This document shows positions 18,238 through 26,721 of a stretch of 64,000 bases of DNA, in pieces. How positions within the stretch are numbered: position 1 is the stretch's first letter; every line of letters starts with the position of its first letter. Origin of the DNA: an uncultured Candidatus Saccharibacteria bacterium (GTDB lineage: Bacteria > Patescibacteriota > Minisyncoccia > Phycocordibacterales > UBA9973); assembly GCA_964646765.1 (NCBI GenBank), contig CAZYIA010000001.1:65334-129333 (forward strand), given 5' to 3'. The position numbers were made by a program, and so were the translations under genes. A model generated the notes under the pieces. It ran no database searches. It was not told the origin of the DNA and was given only the letters and a program-made list of their open reading frames with translations.

Positions 18238-18633
18238 ATGGCACGGTTTGAAAAGGAGCGAAAAATTACTGATGTTCTCTATTCACGCATTGGTATTGTG
18301 GTACTTCTGGTTATTGCGGTACTGTTAGTGCTTTCGGTTATTTCGGTGTTTAGTAAGCGCAGAGAGGCTCGTAAAGAGGCAAAAGCAGCTGAAGCTCGAC
18401 TCGCTGACGTTACTAATCGAAAAGCAGAACTTTCTGCTGATATTGACCGCTTGACTACTCCAGCAGGGAAAGAAGAAGCACTTCGTGATCGTTATCGAGA
18501 GGCAAAACCAGGGGAAGGGCTTGTGGTCATCGTCGATAAGAATGAACAAGATTCCTCAGCTGAAGTTTCGAGTTCAGAAAGGGTGTCTTTTTTCCAAAAT
18601 CTGAGTCAGTTTTTTAAGAATCTTTTTCAGTAA
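18238..18633 (+). CDS. Septum formation initiator (FtsB/DivIC-like) protein
   Basis: Short cytoplasmic N-terminus, a single TM helix, then a coiled-coil region (EARLADVTNRKAELSADIDRL). Confidence 0.5.
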   Translation: MARFEKERKITDVLYSRIGIVVLLVIAVLLVLSVISVFSKRREARKEAKAAEARLADVTNRKAELSADIDRLTTPAGKEEALRDRYREAKPGEGLVVIVDKNEQDSSAEVSSSERVSFFQNLSQFFKNLFQ

Positions 18634-18637
18634 TTTT

Positions 18638-18708
18638 GCGGAATTAGTTTAGTGGTAGAACTAGTGCTTCCCAAGCATTGGGCGCGGGTTCGATTCCCGC
18701 ATTCCGCA
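18638..18708 (+). tRNA. tRNA-Gly (CCC)
   Basis: Cloverleaf folded by hand: acceptor GCGGAAT/ATTCCGC, anticodon loop TTCCCAA, T-arm GCGGG-TTCGATT-CCCGC; no encoded CCA. Confidence 0.85.
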
Positions 18709-18767
18709 CAGCTTGCGAAGCGAGTAGATTTAGTAACTTGTGACCAATTCTCTCTTTTTATTTTCAA

Positions 18768-19805
18768 ATGGAAACTAAACGCAAACGAAATTTTTTTATT
18801 CCTTACATTAAAGGATGGGCAATTATTTCAATCATGCTTATTCACTTGGTTGATTGGTCTAATATTCCTGTGAGTGGGATAGGAAGTGTATTAAAGGAAA
18901 TTCTGTATCCAGCAGTACTTTTTTTTATTGCCAACGCAGGAAGTGTTATTTACATTGCGTATAGTCATTATGAACTTCCAAAAGCAACAAAGAAGCTTTT
19001 TCGAAGAGGATTTGAACTCATCGGCATATATTTTTTATACAATGTAGTAAAACTTTTTATCTTTAATTTTAATCAAGAGCCATTCTACGGGAAATTTAAT
19101 CTTGCTATCCATGGGATAGAAAAAGTTTTAACTCTTCAAGCTTTTACAGTGCCTATAACTATCTTGTTTACCATAGGCTTACTTCTGCTTATTGCTCCGC
19201 TACTTCTCTATATTTCCAAAAGAAGTAGGTATCCAAAATTAACCATTATAGTTCTCCTAGTATCACTGTCTGTCGCTAATTGGCTTTTCCCGCATCCTTC
19301 AGATGTAATTAGTCACTTTATCTATTCGGAAAGCAACGTAACATTTCCGCTAGCACTATGGCTTGTGCCGTTTGTTCTTGGATTTTTGGTAGCTCAATTT
19401 GAATTTGAAAAATATGCCTGGCGTTTTCTGGGAGTCTTTGCTCTCGCCACACTCATTTCCATATTCTTTTTACCGCATGGTGTAAATTTTCTCCGACCTT
19501 CATGGAATATGTATCCACTAACCCTCTATTACGTCTTTCTCTCGTTTACTTTAATGTATGTGCTTATTCTTAAGTTTAAATGGTTAGAAAAAACAGAAGA
19601 GTTTACAAAAATCTTGGCGGTGATTCGTTTTTGGGGTGATAACACGCTCCCCATATATCTTTACCATTGGATTATCATTGATTGTACGTTGTGGATATTT
19701 GCTCCGTCTGCTTGGAGTATTCTGATTACAGTGCCAATATTCTTGGTCATATTTACATACTATAAACGAGCGACACTCACTCAGTACTTTAAGGGGGAGT
19801 TGTAG
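18768..19805 (+). CDS. Polytopic membrane protein, acyltransferase-3-like
   Basis: ~10 TM helices with a weak resemblance to the Acyl_transf_3 family; no definitive motif. Confidence 0.35.
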   Translation: METKRKRNFFIPYIKGWAIISIMLIHLVDWSNIPVSGIGSVLKEILYPAVLFFIANAGSVIYIAYSHYELPKATKKLFRRGFELIGIYFLYNVVKLFIFNFNQEPFYGKFNLAIHGIEKVLTLQAFTVPITILFTIGLLLLIAPLLLYISKRSRYPKLTIIVLLVSLSVANWLFPHPSDVISHFIYSESNVTFPLALWLVPFVLGFLVAQFEFEKYAWRFLGVFALATLISIFFLPHGVNFLRPSWNMYPLTLYYVFLSFTLMYVLILKFKWLEKTEEFTKILAVIRFWGDNTLPIYLYHWIIIDCTLWIFAPSAWSILITVPIFLVIFTYYKRATLTQYFKGEL

Positions 19806-19902
19806 TTTTGTATTAGACCATAGAGCGTCAATATAAACAGCTGTTGACGAGGGTGCTATACTTCAACTGTAGAAACCTATTATTAAGTAACGAGAGAAAG
19901 CT

Positions 19903-20142
19903 ATGAAAAAAGTCACAATTTACAGCACCCCATCCTGTCATTTCTGCCATATGGCGAAAGAGTTCTTTAAGGAAAAGGGAGTTCAGTACGAGGATGTTGA
20001 CGTTGCAGCCGACCAGGAAAAACGAGCCGAAATGGTAGATCTTACTGGCCAGCTTGGTGTTCCCGTTATCCGTATCGAAAATGACGTTATCATCGGCTTT
20101 AACAAGCCAAAGATTGCTGAACTATTAGGCATTGCTGCATAA
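19903..20142 (+). CDS. Glutaredoxin-like protein (NrdH/YruB type)
   Basis: 79 aa with a CHFC active site in a thioredoxin-fold context (YSTPSCHFCHMAKEFF...GVPVI). Confidence 0.75.
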   Translation: MKKVTIYSTPSCHFCHMAKEFFKEKGVQYEDVDVAADQEKRAEMVDLTGQLGVPVIRIENDVIIGFNKPKIAELLGIAA

Positions 20143-20256
20143 GGTGCCATCGGCGGGAAGCTCGACTACCGTCGCGGGTACTTTTCTCGTTTTGCTGCAA
20201 AACATAGAAAAGTCTTTCGATTCCCGCACGCGAAACAAACACTTGTTTCGCTCATG

Positions 20257-20328
20257 TGCCATCGGCGGGAATCGAACCTGCATCAGCCCGTTAGGAGTGG
20301 GCCGTTCTATCCATTGAACTACGACGGC
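20257..20328 (-). tRNA. tRNA-Arg (CCT), with A.C mismatches in the anticodon stem and T stem
   Basis: Reverse complement folds as GCCGTCG-TA-GTTC..GAAC-GCCCA-CTCCTAA-CGGGC-GCAGG-TTCGATT-CCCGC-CGATGGC-A and is homologous to E. coli argW; positions 31.39 and 50.62 are A.C. Confidence 0.55.
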
Positions 20329-20362
20329 AGTTGCGGGATTAGTGTATAACACCACCATAACA

Positions 20363-20390
20363 AAAACCACCTTTGAGGTGGTTTTTGTTT
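20363..20390. terminator. Hairpin terminator (bidirectional)
   Basis: aaaaaccacc-tttga-ggtggttttt with A and T runs on both sides. Confidence 0.5.
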
Positions 20391-20440
20391 GGGCCAGAAT
20401 CTCGGCTATACGTTGCTAATTCTGCTCACTGTCTCGGCAA

Positions 20441-20470
20441 TAAGAAAACCGGCTAAAGCCGGTTTTCTTT
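20441..20470. terminator. Hairpin terminator downstream of tRNA-Phe (bidirectional)
   Basis: aaaaccggc-taaa-gccggtttt followed by a T run. Confidence 0.5.
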
Positions 20471-20473
20471 ATG

Positions 20474-20546
20474 TGCCGAGACCCAGGGTCGAACTGGGGA
20501 CCTATCCCTCTTCAGGGGAGCGCTCTACCAACTGAGCTATCTCGGC
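20474..20546 (-). tRNA. tRNA-Phe (GAA)
   Basis: Reverse complement: perfect acceptor stem GCCGAGA/TCTCGGC, anticodon loop CTGAAGA, T-arm CCCAG-TTCGACC-CTGGG; 73 nt. Confidence 0.85.
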
Positions 20547-20618
20547 AAGAACAATAACGCTAGGCTATTGTACTTAAAATAGCGTTTTTTGCAATCGAAT
20601 ACTAACCGATGACAAAAG

Positions 20619-20891
20619 CTATTGTTTTGGCGTTGAGGAAGAAAAATTATTGAGCAGGGTAGTGAAGTTACCAAGCGCCCCACGGCTGTTATTGTAGAGA
20701 TCAGTAACTTGCTTAAGATATGGCTGAAGGAAGTAAAATGCCCCAACAGAAACACCAATAAGAATAATCCAGTATATAACTCGCATTACCGCTGCCCAAC
20801 GCTGAGCTCGGCGCATACTGCGGAGTATCTTATTATTCTCTCGAGTTAATTCCAGGAGCTCGTCCAGTTTTGGATTAGGACTTTGATCCAT
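20619..20891 (-). CDS. Small hypothetical membrane protein (90 aa, single TM)
   Basis: Charged N-terminus and one hydrophobic helix; sits upstream of tRNA-Phe on the same strand. Confidence 0.35.
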   Translation of the reverse strand: MDQSPNPKLDELLELTRENNKILRSMRRAQRWAAVMRVIYWIILIGVSVGAFYFLQPYLKQVTDLYNNSRGALGNFTTLLNNFSSSTPKQ

Positions 20892-20893
20892 AG

Positions 20894-21367
20894 TTAGATT
20901 GATTTTACTCTAAGTGATGTTTGCTTGCTCTTATCAATCTTTGGTAGACGAATCATAAGGAGCCCATGCTTTTCGATAGCCTCAGCATCTTCTGGTTCAA
21001 TTTCTGCTGGAAGGGAAATCGTGCGGGAGAACGTACCCCAAAAGAGTTCACGAGTGAAGTAGTCTTCATCATTTACAATTCGAGAAGGTTCGCGTTTTCC
21101 ACGAAGCGTGACCATATCACGCATAATATTAATTTGCAGGTCTTCTGGTTTTACGCCAGCAACCATGGTTTCGATGATGATATCATTCGGAGTCTGGTAT
21201 ACATCAACAGAAAGTTGTCCTTCTTCTGGCTCTTCAGAGGCCCAATGGGCACTCTCCTTATCTTTGCCTTTACCTTTTTTGTCATCGAGGTTGTCCTCAA
21301 AATCATCCTCTTGATCGAGGCGGACACTACCAGTAAGACGTTCAAAAAATGATCCTTTTTTTGCCAT
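20894..21367 (-). CDS. Hsp20/alpha-crystallin family small heat-shock protein
   Basis: Alpha-crystallin domain pattern (VDVYQT...IMRDMVTLRG...FSRTISLP) with an acidic, Lys-rich N-terminal extension. Confidence 0.8.
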   Translation of the reverse strand: MAKKGSFFERLTGSVRLDQEDDFEDNLDDKKGKGKDKESAHWASEEPEEGQLSVDVYQTPNDIIIETMVAGVKPEDLQINIMRDMVTLRGKREPSRIVNDEDYFTRELFWGTFSRTISLPAEIEPEDAEAIEKHGLLMIRLPKIDKSKQTSLRVKSI

Positions 21368-21380
21368 AGTGTGTTATTTT

Positions 21381-22127
21381 TTATTCCACCGTCTGAGTCT
21401 CGGGATATTTTTTTCTAAGCTCCTTAGTATAGGTAGCTTGACTCATACGACGGACTTTTTCAAATACAAGAATACTAATAATCGATACTACCCAGAGAAA
21501 GGCGAATACCTGTAAAAAGTTCTCGCCATCATGTTGCATTATAAAAAAGTTAAAAATGCTATGCAACCCAATCGCAAGCCCAAATCCGATTACCAGAGAG
21601 CCAAATCGCACCGATCTGCTTTGATAAAAAGATAGTCCCATCATAAGACCAATAAATCCAGTACAAACGCTATGGAGAAGAGTTGAACCTAGGAAGCGTA
21701 AGTTGGTGGTTAAAAGCGCCACAGTTGTTGCTTGACCAGCAAATGGTTTAATGAGGAAGAACGTATTTTCAAGAGCGGCAAAACCAAGTGCTGCCGTCAT
21801 GAGATAGATAGGAAAGTCGATTGGTTCACTAATCTGGGACGTTCTAAAAGCAATCAATGCGCAGGCTAAGTACTTCATCACTTCTTCTGATGCTGCCCAT
21901 ACAACAATAAGTGTTGTGTTATCAGAAAATTGATGGAGGAAAAATTGTTGGATAGGTAATACGGCAACAACCGCAAGCATGCCGGCTACGAAAGTAAGAG
22001 CAACTAAACCAAGCGGTTCGGGCTTGATATCATCCTCACTCATCCAGTAGTGTAGCCAAATAAACGAAGGGATGGTTCCCGCGATGAGAGCAAAGATAAC
22101 AGCGACAGGATTGTCGAAACTACTCAT
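21381..22127 (-). CDS. PrsW-family intramembrane glutamic protease
   Basis: Conserved motifs EEVMKY (EExxK), FAALEN, HSVCTG and HSIFNF spread across 7-8 TM helices. Confidence 0.7.
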   Translation of the reverse strand: MSSFDNPVAVIFALIAGTIPSFIWLHYWMSEDDIKPEPLGLVALTFVAGMLAVVAVLPIQQFFLHQFSDNTTLIVVWAASEEVMKYLACALIAFRTSQISEPIDFPIYLMTAALGFAALENTFFLIKPFAGQATTVALLTTNLRFLGSTLLHSVCTGFIGLMMGLSFYQSRSVRFGSLVIGFGLAIGLHSIFNFFIMQHDGENFLQVFAFLWVVSIISILVFEKVRRMSQATYTKELRKKYPETQTVE

Positions 22128-24828
22128 GAATTGGCCACGGAGAAACCATTAGTAAACGACCGTTTGATTCCGGTAACGTTTCCCAGATTGCTTCAGTTAC
22201 GAACGGCATCAGAGGGTGAAGCATTGTTGTAAGTTCTTTTAAAACAGTACGGAGCAGTTTCTTGCGAGACATTTTTTCAGCATCTGTTCCTTCAGCCAAA
22301 ATTTTCTTACTCTCTTCCAAAACTTCGTCGGCAAAACGATGCCAAGCAAATTGGTAGAGTTTTTCTGATACTAAGTGGAACTTATACGTTTCGTATTCAT
22401 TGGTAATTTCCTGTTTGAGAGTATTCCACTCGGTTGCAATAGCAGCATCCGCATCGGAGTATGCGACCGCCATATCTACACCGTCAGTATAGGTAAGAAC
22501 GAAGCGGGTGATATTCCAGAGTTTGTTGCAGAAATTTTTATAGCCTTTAATTTTATCGCGTGAAATCTTGATGTCAGTTCCTGGGGCAACACCAAATATA
22601 AGCGCCATTCGTCCAGCATCCGCACCGAATTCATTCGCAATATCGAGCGGATCCATCGCAGCATTGCCGAGCGATTTAGACATTTTCTCCCCCTTTTCTG
22701 TGCGGACAATGCCCGAGAGGTAGACGGTGTGGAAGGGAATAGTTTCAAGAGCATAGCCAGTCATGAGAATCATGCGGGCGACCCAGAAGAAGAGAATGTC
22801 CGGACCACACTGAAGCATGTCTGTTGGATGATAGATTTCGAGATCTTTGGTTTTGTCTGGCCAGCCAAGCGTGGAGAAGGTCCATGAACCAGATGAGAAC
22901 CAGGTGTCGAGAGTGTCAGGATCTTGCGTAAAGTTGTCTTCTGGAGGATTGATGGTCACAGTAAATTCATAGGTGGTGGCATTGCCCATACGCCATTTAT
23001 TTCTGAAAGCGATTAAGTCCGTCTCTCCATCCAATACTGCTTTCATCACAGAGGAAAAAGATTGGTGTCCAATAACAACAATGTCTCCGTCAGATTGATC
23101 ACTATAAATCAATTCCCATGCTTGTTTAGCCCGAGCTAAGAGTTCTTCTTTCGTTTCTCCAGTACCTGTTGTGAGAGTCGCAACTAGAAGGGGAATTTCA
23201 TTTCTAGCTTTACCTTCGAGATTTCCCGCACCTACCTCCCGGAATAGAGGAGAAATTTCAAACGGGGTTCCGATAGTTTTCTCTATAATTTCAGCCGTTT
23301 CTACCGCTCTTGGCAAATCAGAAGAGAAAATTTTTCCTATTTTTCTACCTACAAGTAGTTCAGCGGCTTTACGCGCTTGCTCCTTACCTTTTTCGGTAAG
23401 AGGATAATCACCCAATCCCGCATAAATATCAGACTGGTTTGCCGTTGATTCTCCGTGTCGTACGAAAATTATGTTTCGAGATTTCTGAAGATGAGGTTTA
23501 TTTTCCGTGTCATACCAAACAGGCACACGATGGCCGTACCAGATTTGTCGTGAAATGCACCAGTCGCGAAGGTTATCAATCCAATGGAAGTATGTCTTTT
23601 CAAAATATTCGGGAATAATTCGAATTGCGCTGCTTGCTACCGATTCGCGCATAAGATCTTTCAGCGTCTTGCCGCGGCCAGGGATTTCTTTGTTTACAGC
23701 TACGAACCACTGAAGTTTTGGCAACGGCTCAACAATGCCGCCAGTTCGTTCAGCAGTAGAAACATTTTGGTTGACCTCTTCTTCTTTTTCGAGCAGTCCT
23801 TCCTCACGAAGCCAGGAAACAATAGCTTCCCGAGCCTCGGTAGTTTTCTTGCCCAGTATCCGTTCGTCACCCACAATCATTTTGGCGTACTCATTAATAA
23901 CCTGAGGGCGAGGCAAGTTGTGCCGATCCGCAATTTCCCAGTCGGTCATTGAGTGGGCCGGAGTAACGCCGAGGGCGCCGGTACCGAAGTCTTTTTCTAC
24001 CGATTCGTCGGCAATAATTTTGATATGAATAGGTACGCCGCAGAAAACCGCGTCATATTCCTTACCGACAAATTCTTGATAGCGTGAGTCTTCTGGGTGG
24101 ACAGCTACTGCAGTGTCGCCAACTTTGGTTTCTGGTCGGGTCGTGGAAATAGAAATAGGGAAGTCCTTAGAATACTTAAAAGTGTAGAGCTTCGCTTTGC
24201 GCTCTTCGTATACGATTTCGTCATCGGCAATCGTGGTTTGGCCTTTTGGATCCCAGTTTACAATGCGATTGCCACGGTAAATGAGGCCGTCATCGTACAT
24301 CCGCTTAAACATGGTGTTTACCGCGCGGTTTCGCGTTGCATCAAGGGTAAACGCTTCACGGCTCCAGTCACACGAAGCACCCATTACTCTCGTTTGGCTA
24401 GCGATAGTGCGGCGACTTTCGGAAACAAAAGCATCAATGCGACGTAGTAATTCTTCGCGGCCAAGATCATGGCGGCTTTTGCCTTCTTTTTTATAAATTT
24501 CTTTTTCAACTTTGCTTTGTGTTGCGATAGCAGCATGATCAGTTCCGGGAAGCCAAAGTGTGCGGTGGCCGCGCATTCGCTTGAAACGAATCGCGATATC
24601 TTGAATAGTAAGACCGAGAGCATGACCCATATGGAGCACTCCCGTGGCATTCGGCGGCGGCATCATGATAGTATACGGTTTAGCATCCGGCTTCGTATAG
24701 CCTGCCTCGATACATTTTTCCGGATTAAAAAAACCGCTCTTTTCCCAGATGTCGTAAATTTCTTTTTCGTGCTCGTTGGAGTTGTAGGCTTTTAGCAGCT
24801 TTTCAGGCACGTGAGCAGGATTTTCCAT
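22120..24828 (-). CDS. valS: Valyl-tRNA synthetase with an inserted histidine-phosphatase (PGAM-like) domain; C-terminal coiled-coil absent
   Basis: PPPNATGVLHMGHAL (ValRS HIGH region), editing TTRPETKVGDTA, DWCISRQIWYGH, DTWFSS, and KMSKSLGN. About 200 extra residues (aa ~445-632) hold RHGE...SSDLPRAVETA...VIGHQ. Confidence 0.95.
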   Translation of the reverse strand: MENPAHVPEKLLKAYNSNEHEKEIYDIWEKSGFFNPEKCIEAGYTKPDAKPYTIMMPPPNATGVLHMGHALGLTIQDIAIRFKRMRGHRTLWLPGTDHAAIATQSKVEKEIYKKEGKSRHDLGREELLRRIDAFVSESRRTIASQTRVMGASCDWSREAFTLDATRNRAVNTMFKRMYDDGLIYRGNRIVNWDPKGQTTIADDEIVYEERKAKLYTFKYSKDFPISISTTRPETKVGDTAVAVHPEDSRYQEFVGKEYDAVFCGVPIHIKIIADESVEKDFGTGALGVTPAHSMTDWEIADRHNLPRPQVINEYAKMIVGDERILGKKTTEAREAIVSWLREEGLLEKEEEVNQNVSTAERTGGIVEPLPKLQWFVAVNKEIPGRGKTLKDLMRESVASSAIRIIPEYFEKTYFHWIDNLRDWCISRQIWYGHRVPVWYDTENKPHLQKSRNIIFVRHGESTANQSDIYAGLGDYPLTEKGKEQARKAAELLVGRKIGKIFSSDLPRAVETAEIIEKTIGTPFEISPLFREVGAGNLEGKARNEIPLLVATLTTGTGETKEELLARAKQAWELIYSDQSDGDIVVIGHQSFSSVMKAVLDGETDLIAFRNKWRMGNATTYEFTVTINPPEDNFTQDPDTLDTWFSSGSWTFSTLGWPDKTKDLEIYHPTDMLQCGPDILFFWVARMILMTGYALETIPFHTVYLSGIVRTEKGEKMSKSLGNAAMDPLDIANEFGADAGRMALIFGVAPGTDIKISRDKIKGYKNFCNKLWNITRFVLTYTDGVDMAVAYSDADAAIATEWNTLKQEITNEYETYKFHLVSEKLYQFAWHRFADEVLEESKKILAEGTDAEKMSRKKLLRTVLKELTTMLHPLMPFVTEAIWETLPESNGRLLMVSPWPIHE

Positions 24829-24936
24829 GAAAATAATATAGCATTTATAAGGCTTTTTTCAATGATGGGACTAACAGCATTGAAGTGATTAAAGTTTGAT
24901 TTTAAGAGGAGGAGGCGCGAAAGGCGCCTCCGTAAA

Positions 24937-25374
24937 TTATAAATTCTTTTCGTGCCACACAGTATGATTTTCTGTATCAAGTTTCGTAATGATTACCTTT
25001 CGAGCATTGAAGTGGGTAGTGAGGCCAAATCGGTCGTTTCGGTCTTTATGTTGGATTTCAATGGCACCATGTTCACTAATGAAGGTAATGTGATTGGTGC
25101 TAAGTAAAATCTTTACTTTGGAGTAATGTACAACCGGGAAAATATTATCCTCGCTTGTAACTGACATCCGATGAGCGTGCGGACCAACATGGAATTGATG
25201 TTCGTCAGGTAGTGGACCGAAGTAGCGGTCTTCAACTTCCATAATGGTCTGGTTAAGTAGTCGGTACGCTTCAAGGAAAGAAGTGCACGCTGGCTTTGTT
25301 TTAAGTAAGATAATTACTTCTTGTATACGGATGCCTTTTGGCGGAATGTTCGATTGGTAGGATGTTGTGTGCAT
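24937..25374 (-). CDS. Hypothetical protein (145 aa)
   Basis: His-rich (HVGPHAHR) and possibly cupin-like; no firm motif. Confidence 0.35.
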   Translation of the reverse strand: MHTTSYQSNIPPKGIRIQEVIILLKTKPACTSFLEAYRLLNQTIMEVEDRYFGPLPDEHQFHVGPHAHRMSVTSEDNIFPVVHYSKVKILLSTNHITFISEHGAIEIQHKDRNDRFGLTTHFNARKVIITKLDTENHTVWHEKNL

Positions 25375-25648
25375 ACTATTGTTTGGGGTATTTAGTTTTG
25401 AAATAAGATTATTTGAAACGAAAACACCAGCCTTTGTTTAAAGGCTGGTGTTTGTTTTGAGAGAGAATATCAACGCAAAGATCAGCCTTCAAACGAAAGG
25501 TTGACCACGACGACCGAGCTGTTGCTATTCATATGCATATGTCCTTTGTAGCAAAAGAGGGAAATGCCGTCAAGTAAGCCGAAATTGACCAATGAGCTTA
25601 GAATATGGTTAGCTAGAGACAAAATAAAAAAAACATAAAATTTAAGCC

Positions 25649-26065
25649 ATGAAAGAAACAATAAACTTCTTGACTTCGCTAGTGCAAGTAGCCCAAGCAG
25701 CTAAGGATAGCGACTTAGACACTTCAGCCAAAGTAATTGAGAACCTTAATATGCTTCTTGTGAAGCATGGGTTTAAACAGTTGCCGTCACTAACAGATAC
25801 GGTGAGTTGGAAATTCGCAAAGTTTCCATCAACGTATAACACTAAATCGATACAAGTTGCGCGGCACCATACTCAACATGAGGGTATCAATTTCTTTGTC
25901 GGCATCGAAGATATGGAAGGCGCTTTCGCTGTGATATCGCCAGACTTATCACTTACTGTTTCAAAACCCGGTAAAAATGGCACAGTTTTTGGTGAGTCAC
26001 TAACGTGGCTTTATGAAAATGTGACCGAATTCATTGAACAACAGCAACAAGAAATTACTACCTGA
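25649..26065 (+). CDS. Hypothetical protein (138 aa)
   Basis: No recognisable motif. Its stop overlaps the next gene's start in a TGATGA arrangement, indicating translational coupling. Confidence 0.4.
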   Translation: MKETINFLTSLVQVAQAAKDSDLDTSAKVIENLNMLLVKHGFKQLPSLTDTVSWKFAKFPSTYNTKSIQVARHHTQHEGINFFVGIEDMEGAFAVISPDLSLTVSKPGKNGTVFGESLTWLYENVTEFIEQQQQEITT

Positions 26066-26565
26066 TGAAGTACTTTTCACCACTATTGGGGCAACCAGTT
26101 TTAATGGATGCGCGAGTTCAAATGTTCTTTAAGCTTATTATTTTTGATGAGCTACTTATTCATACCGCTGATGAAGCAGTAGCATTACTTGAAGACCGGT
26201 TTAAACTGGTTGAAAGTGATGTGAATCACTACAATAAAAAGTTTTTAAAGGATTATCCGAAAGCCCATCCCATGACGTTTCATTGGGGATTACACCACTG
26301 GAGGGAAATTAAACATTACTCTCATGAGGTGCGCTTCATCTGTGGTGATACTCCGTATGTATTTTTTGTTGGAGAAGCTGGAGGTATCGAAGTTCACAGG
26401 ATAGAACAGGGGAAACATCCTTTAATCTATCCTCTCTACTACAAACGAAAAAAAGATACCAATGGTATAGTTTTTTCTCGCCCAGGTGCAACGTTGTACG
26501 ATGCGTGGGGACGTCCTTTACCAGAAACCAAAGAATATTTTTCTACTTACAAAAAAATTACTTAA
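26065..26565 (+). CDS. Hypothetical protein (166 aa)
   Basis: No recognisable motif; coupled to the upstream ORF and followed by a terminator. Confidence 0.4.
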   Translation: MKYFSPLLGQPVLMDARVQMFFKLIIFDELLIHTADEAVALLEDRFKLVESDVNHYNKKFLKDYPKAHPMTFHWGLHHWREIKHYSHEVRFICGDTPYVFFVGEAGGIEVHRIEQGKHPLIYPLYYKRKKDTNGIVFSRPGATLYDAWGRPLPETKEYFSTYKKIT

Positions 26566-26569
26566 AATG

Positions 26570-26610
26570 CCTCAGGTTTGCGCAATCAAATCTGAGGTAT
26601 TTTCATTTTT
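26570..26610 (+). terminator. Rho-independent terminator
   Basis: 11-bp stem cctcaggtttg/caaatctgagg with loop cgcaat, followed by tattttcattttt. Confidence 0.6.
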
Positions 26611-26721
26611 AGTTTAGAAAAAGTTTTACACTCTTTTTACCCCACATGAGTTGACATCGTGTCAATTTACCCTTTAATTATGGCCAGAAGATATTTTTTT
26701 TGAAAAATAAATCAGGAAATC

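Noticed and set aside
18024-18239. 71-aa minus-strand ORF between lepA and the ftsB-like gene
   Set aside because: It overlaps the lepA terminator region and the ftsB-like start and has no motif. The region is more likely promoter or leader sequence.
19806-19902. Promoter call upstream of the glutaredoxin gene (TTGACG ... TATACT)
   Set aside because: The spacing between the -35-like and -10-like hexamers is only 7 nt. No consistent sigma70 geometry could be drawn.
20150-20560. Integrated mobile element at the tRNA-Arg/tRNA-Phe pair
   Set aside because: No integrase, recombinase or phage-like ORF lies within several kb. The repeated T-arm 12-mer is inverted, not direct, unlike att sites.
22900-23510. 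ValRS extra segment considered as an intein or separate gene
   Set aside because: It is in-frame with no stop, has no intein junction motifs, and contains the RHG histidine-phosphatase catalytic core. It is treated as a domain insertion.
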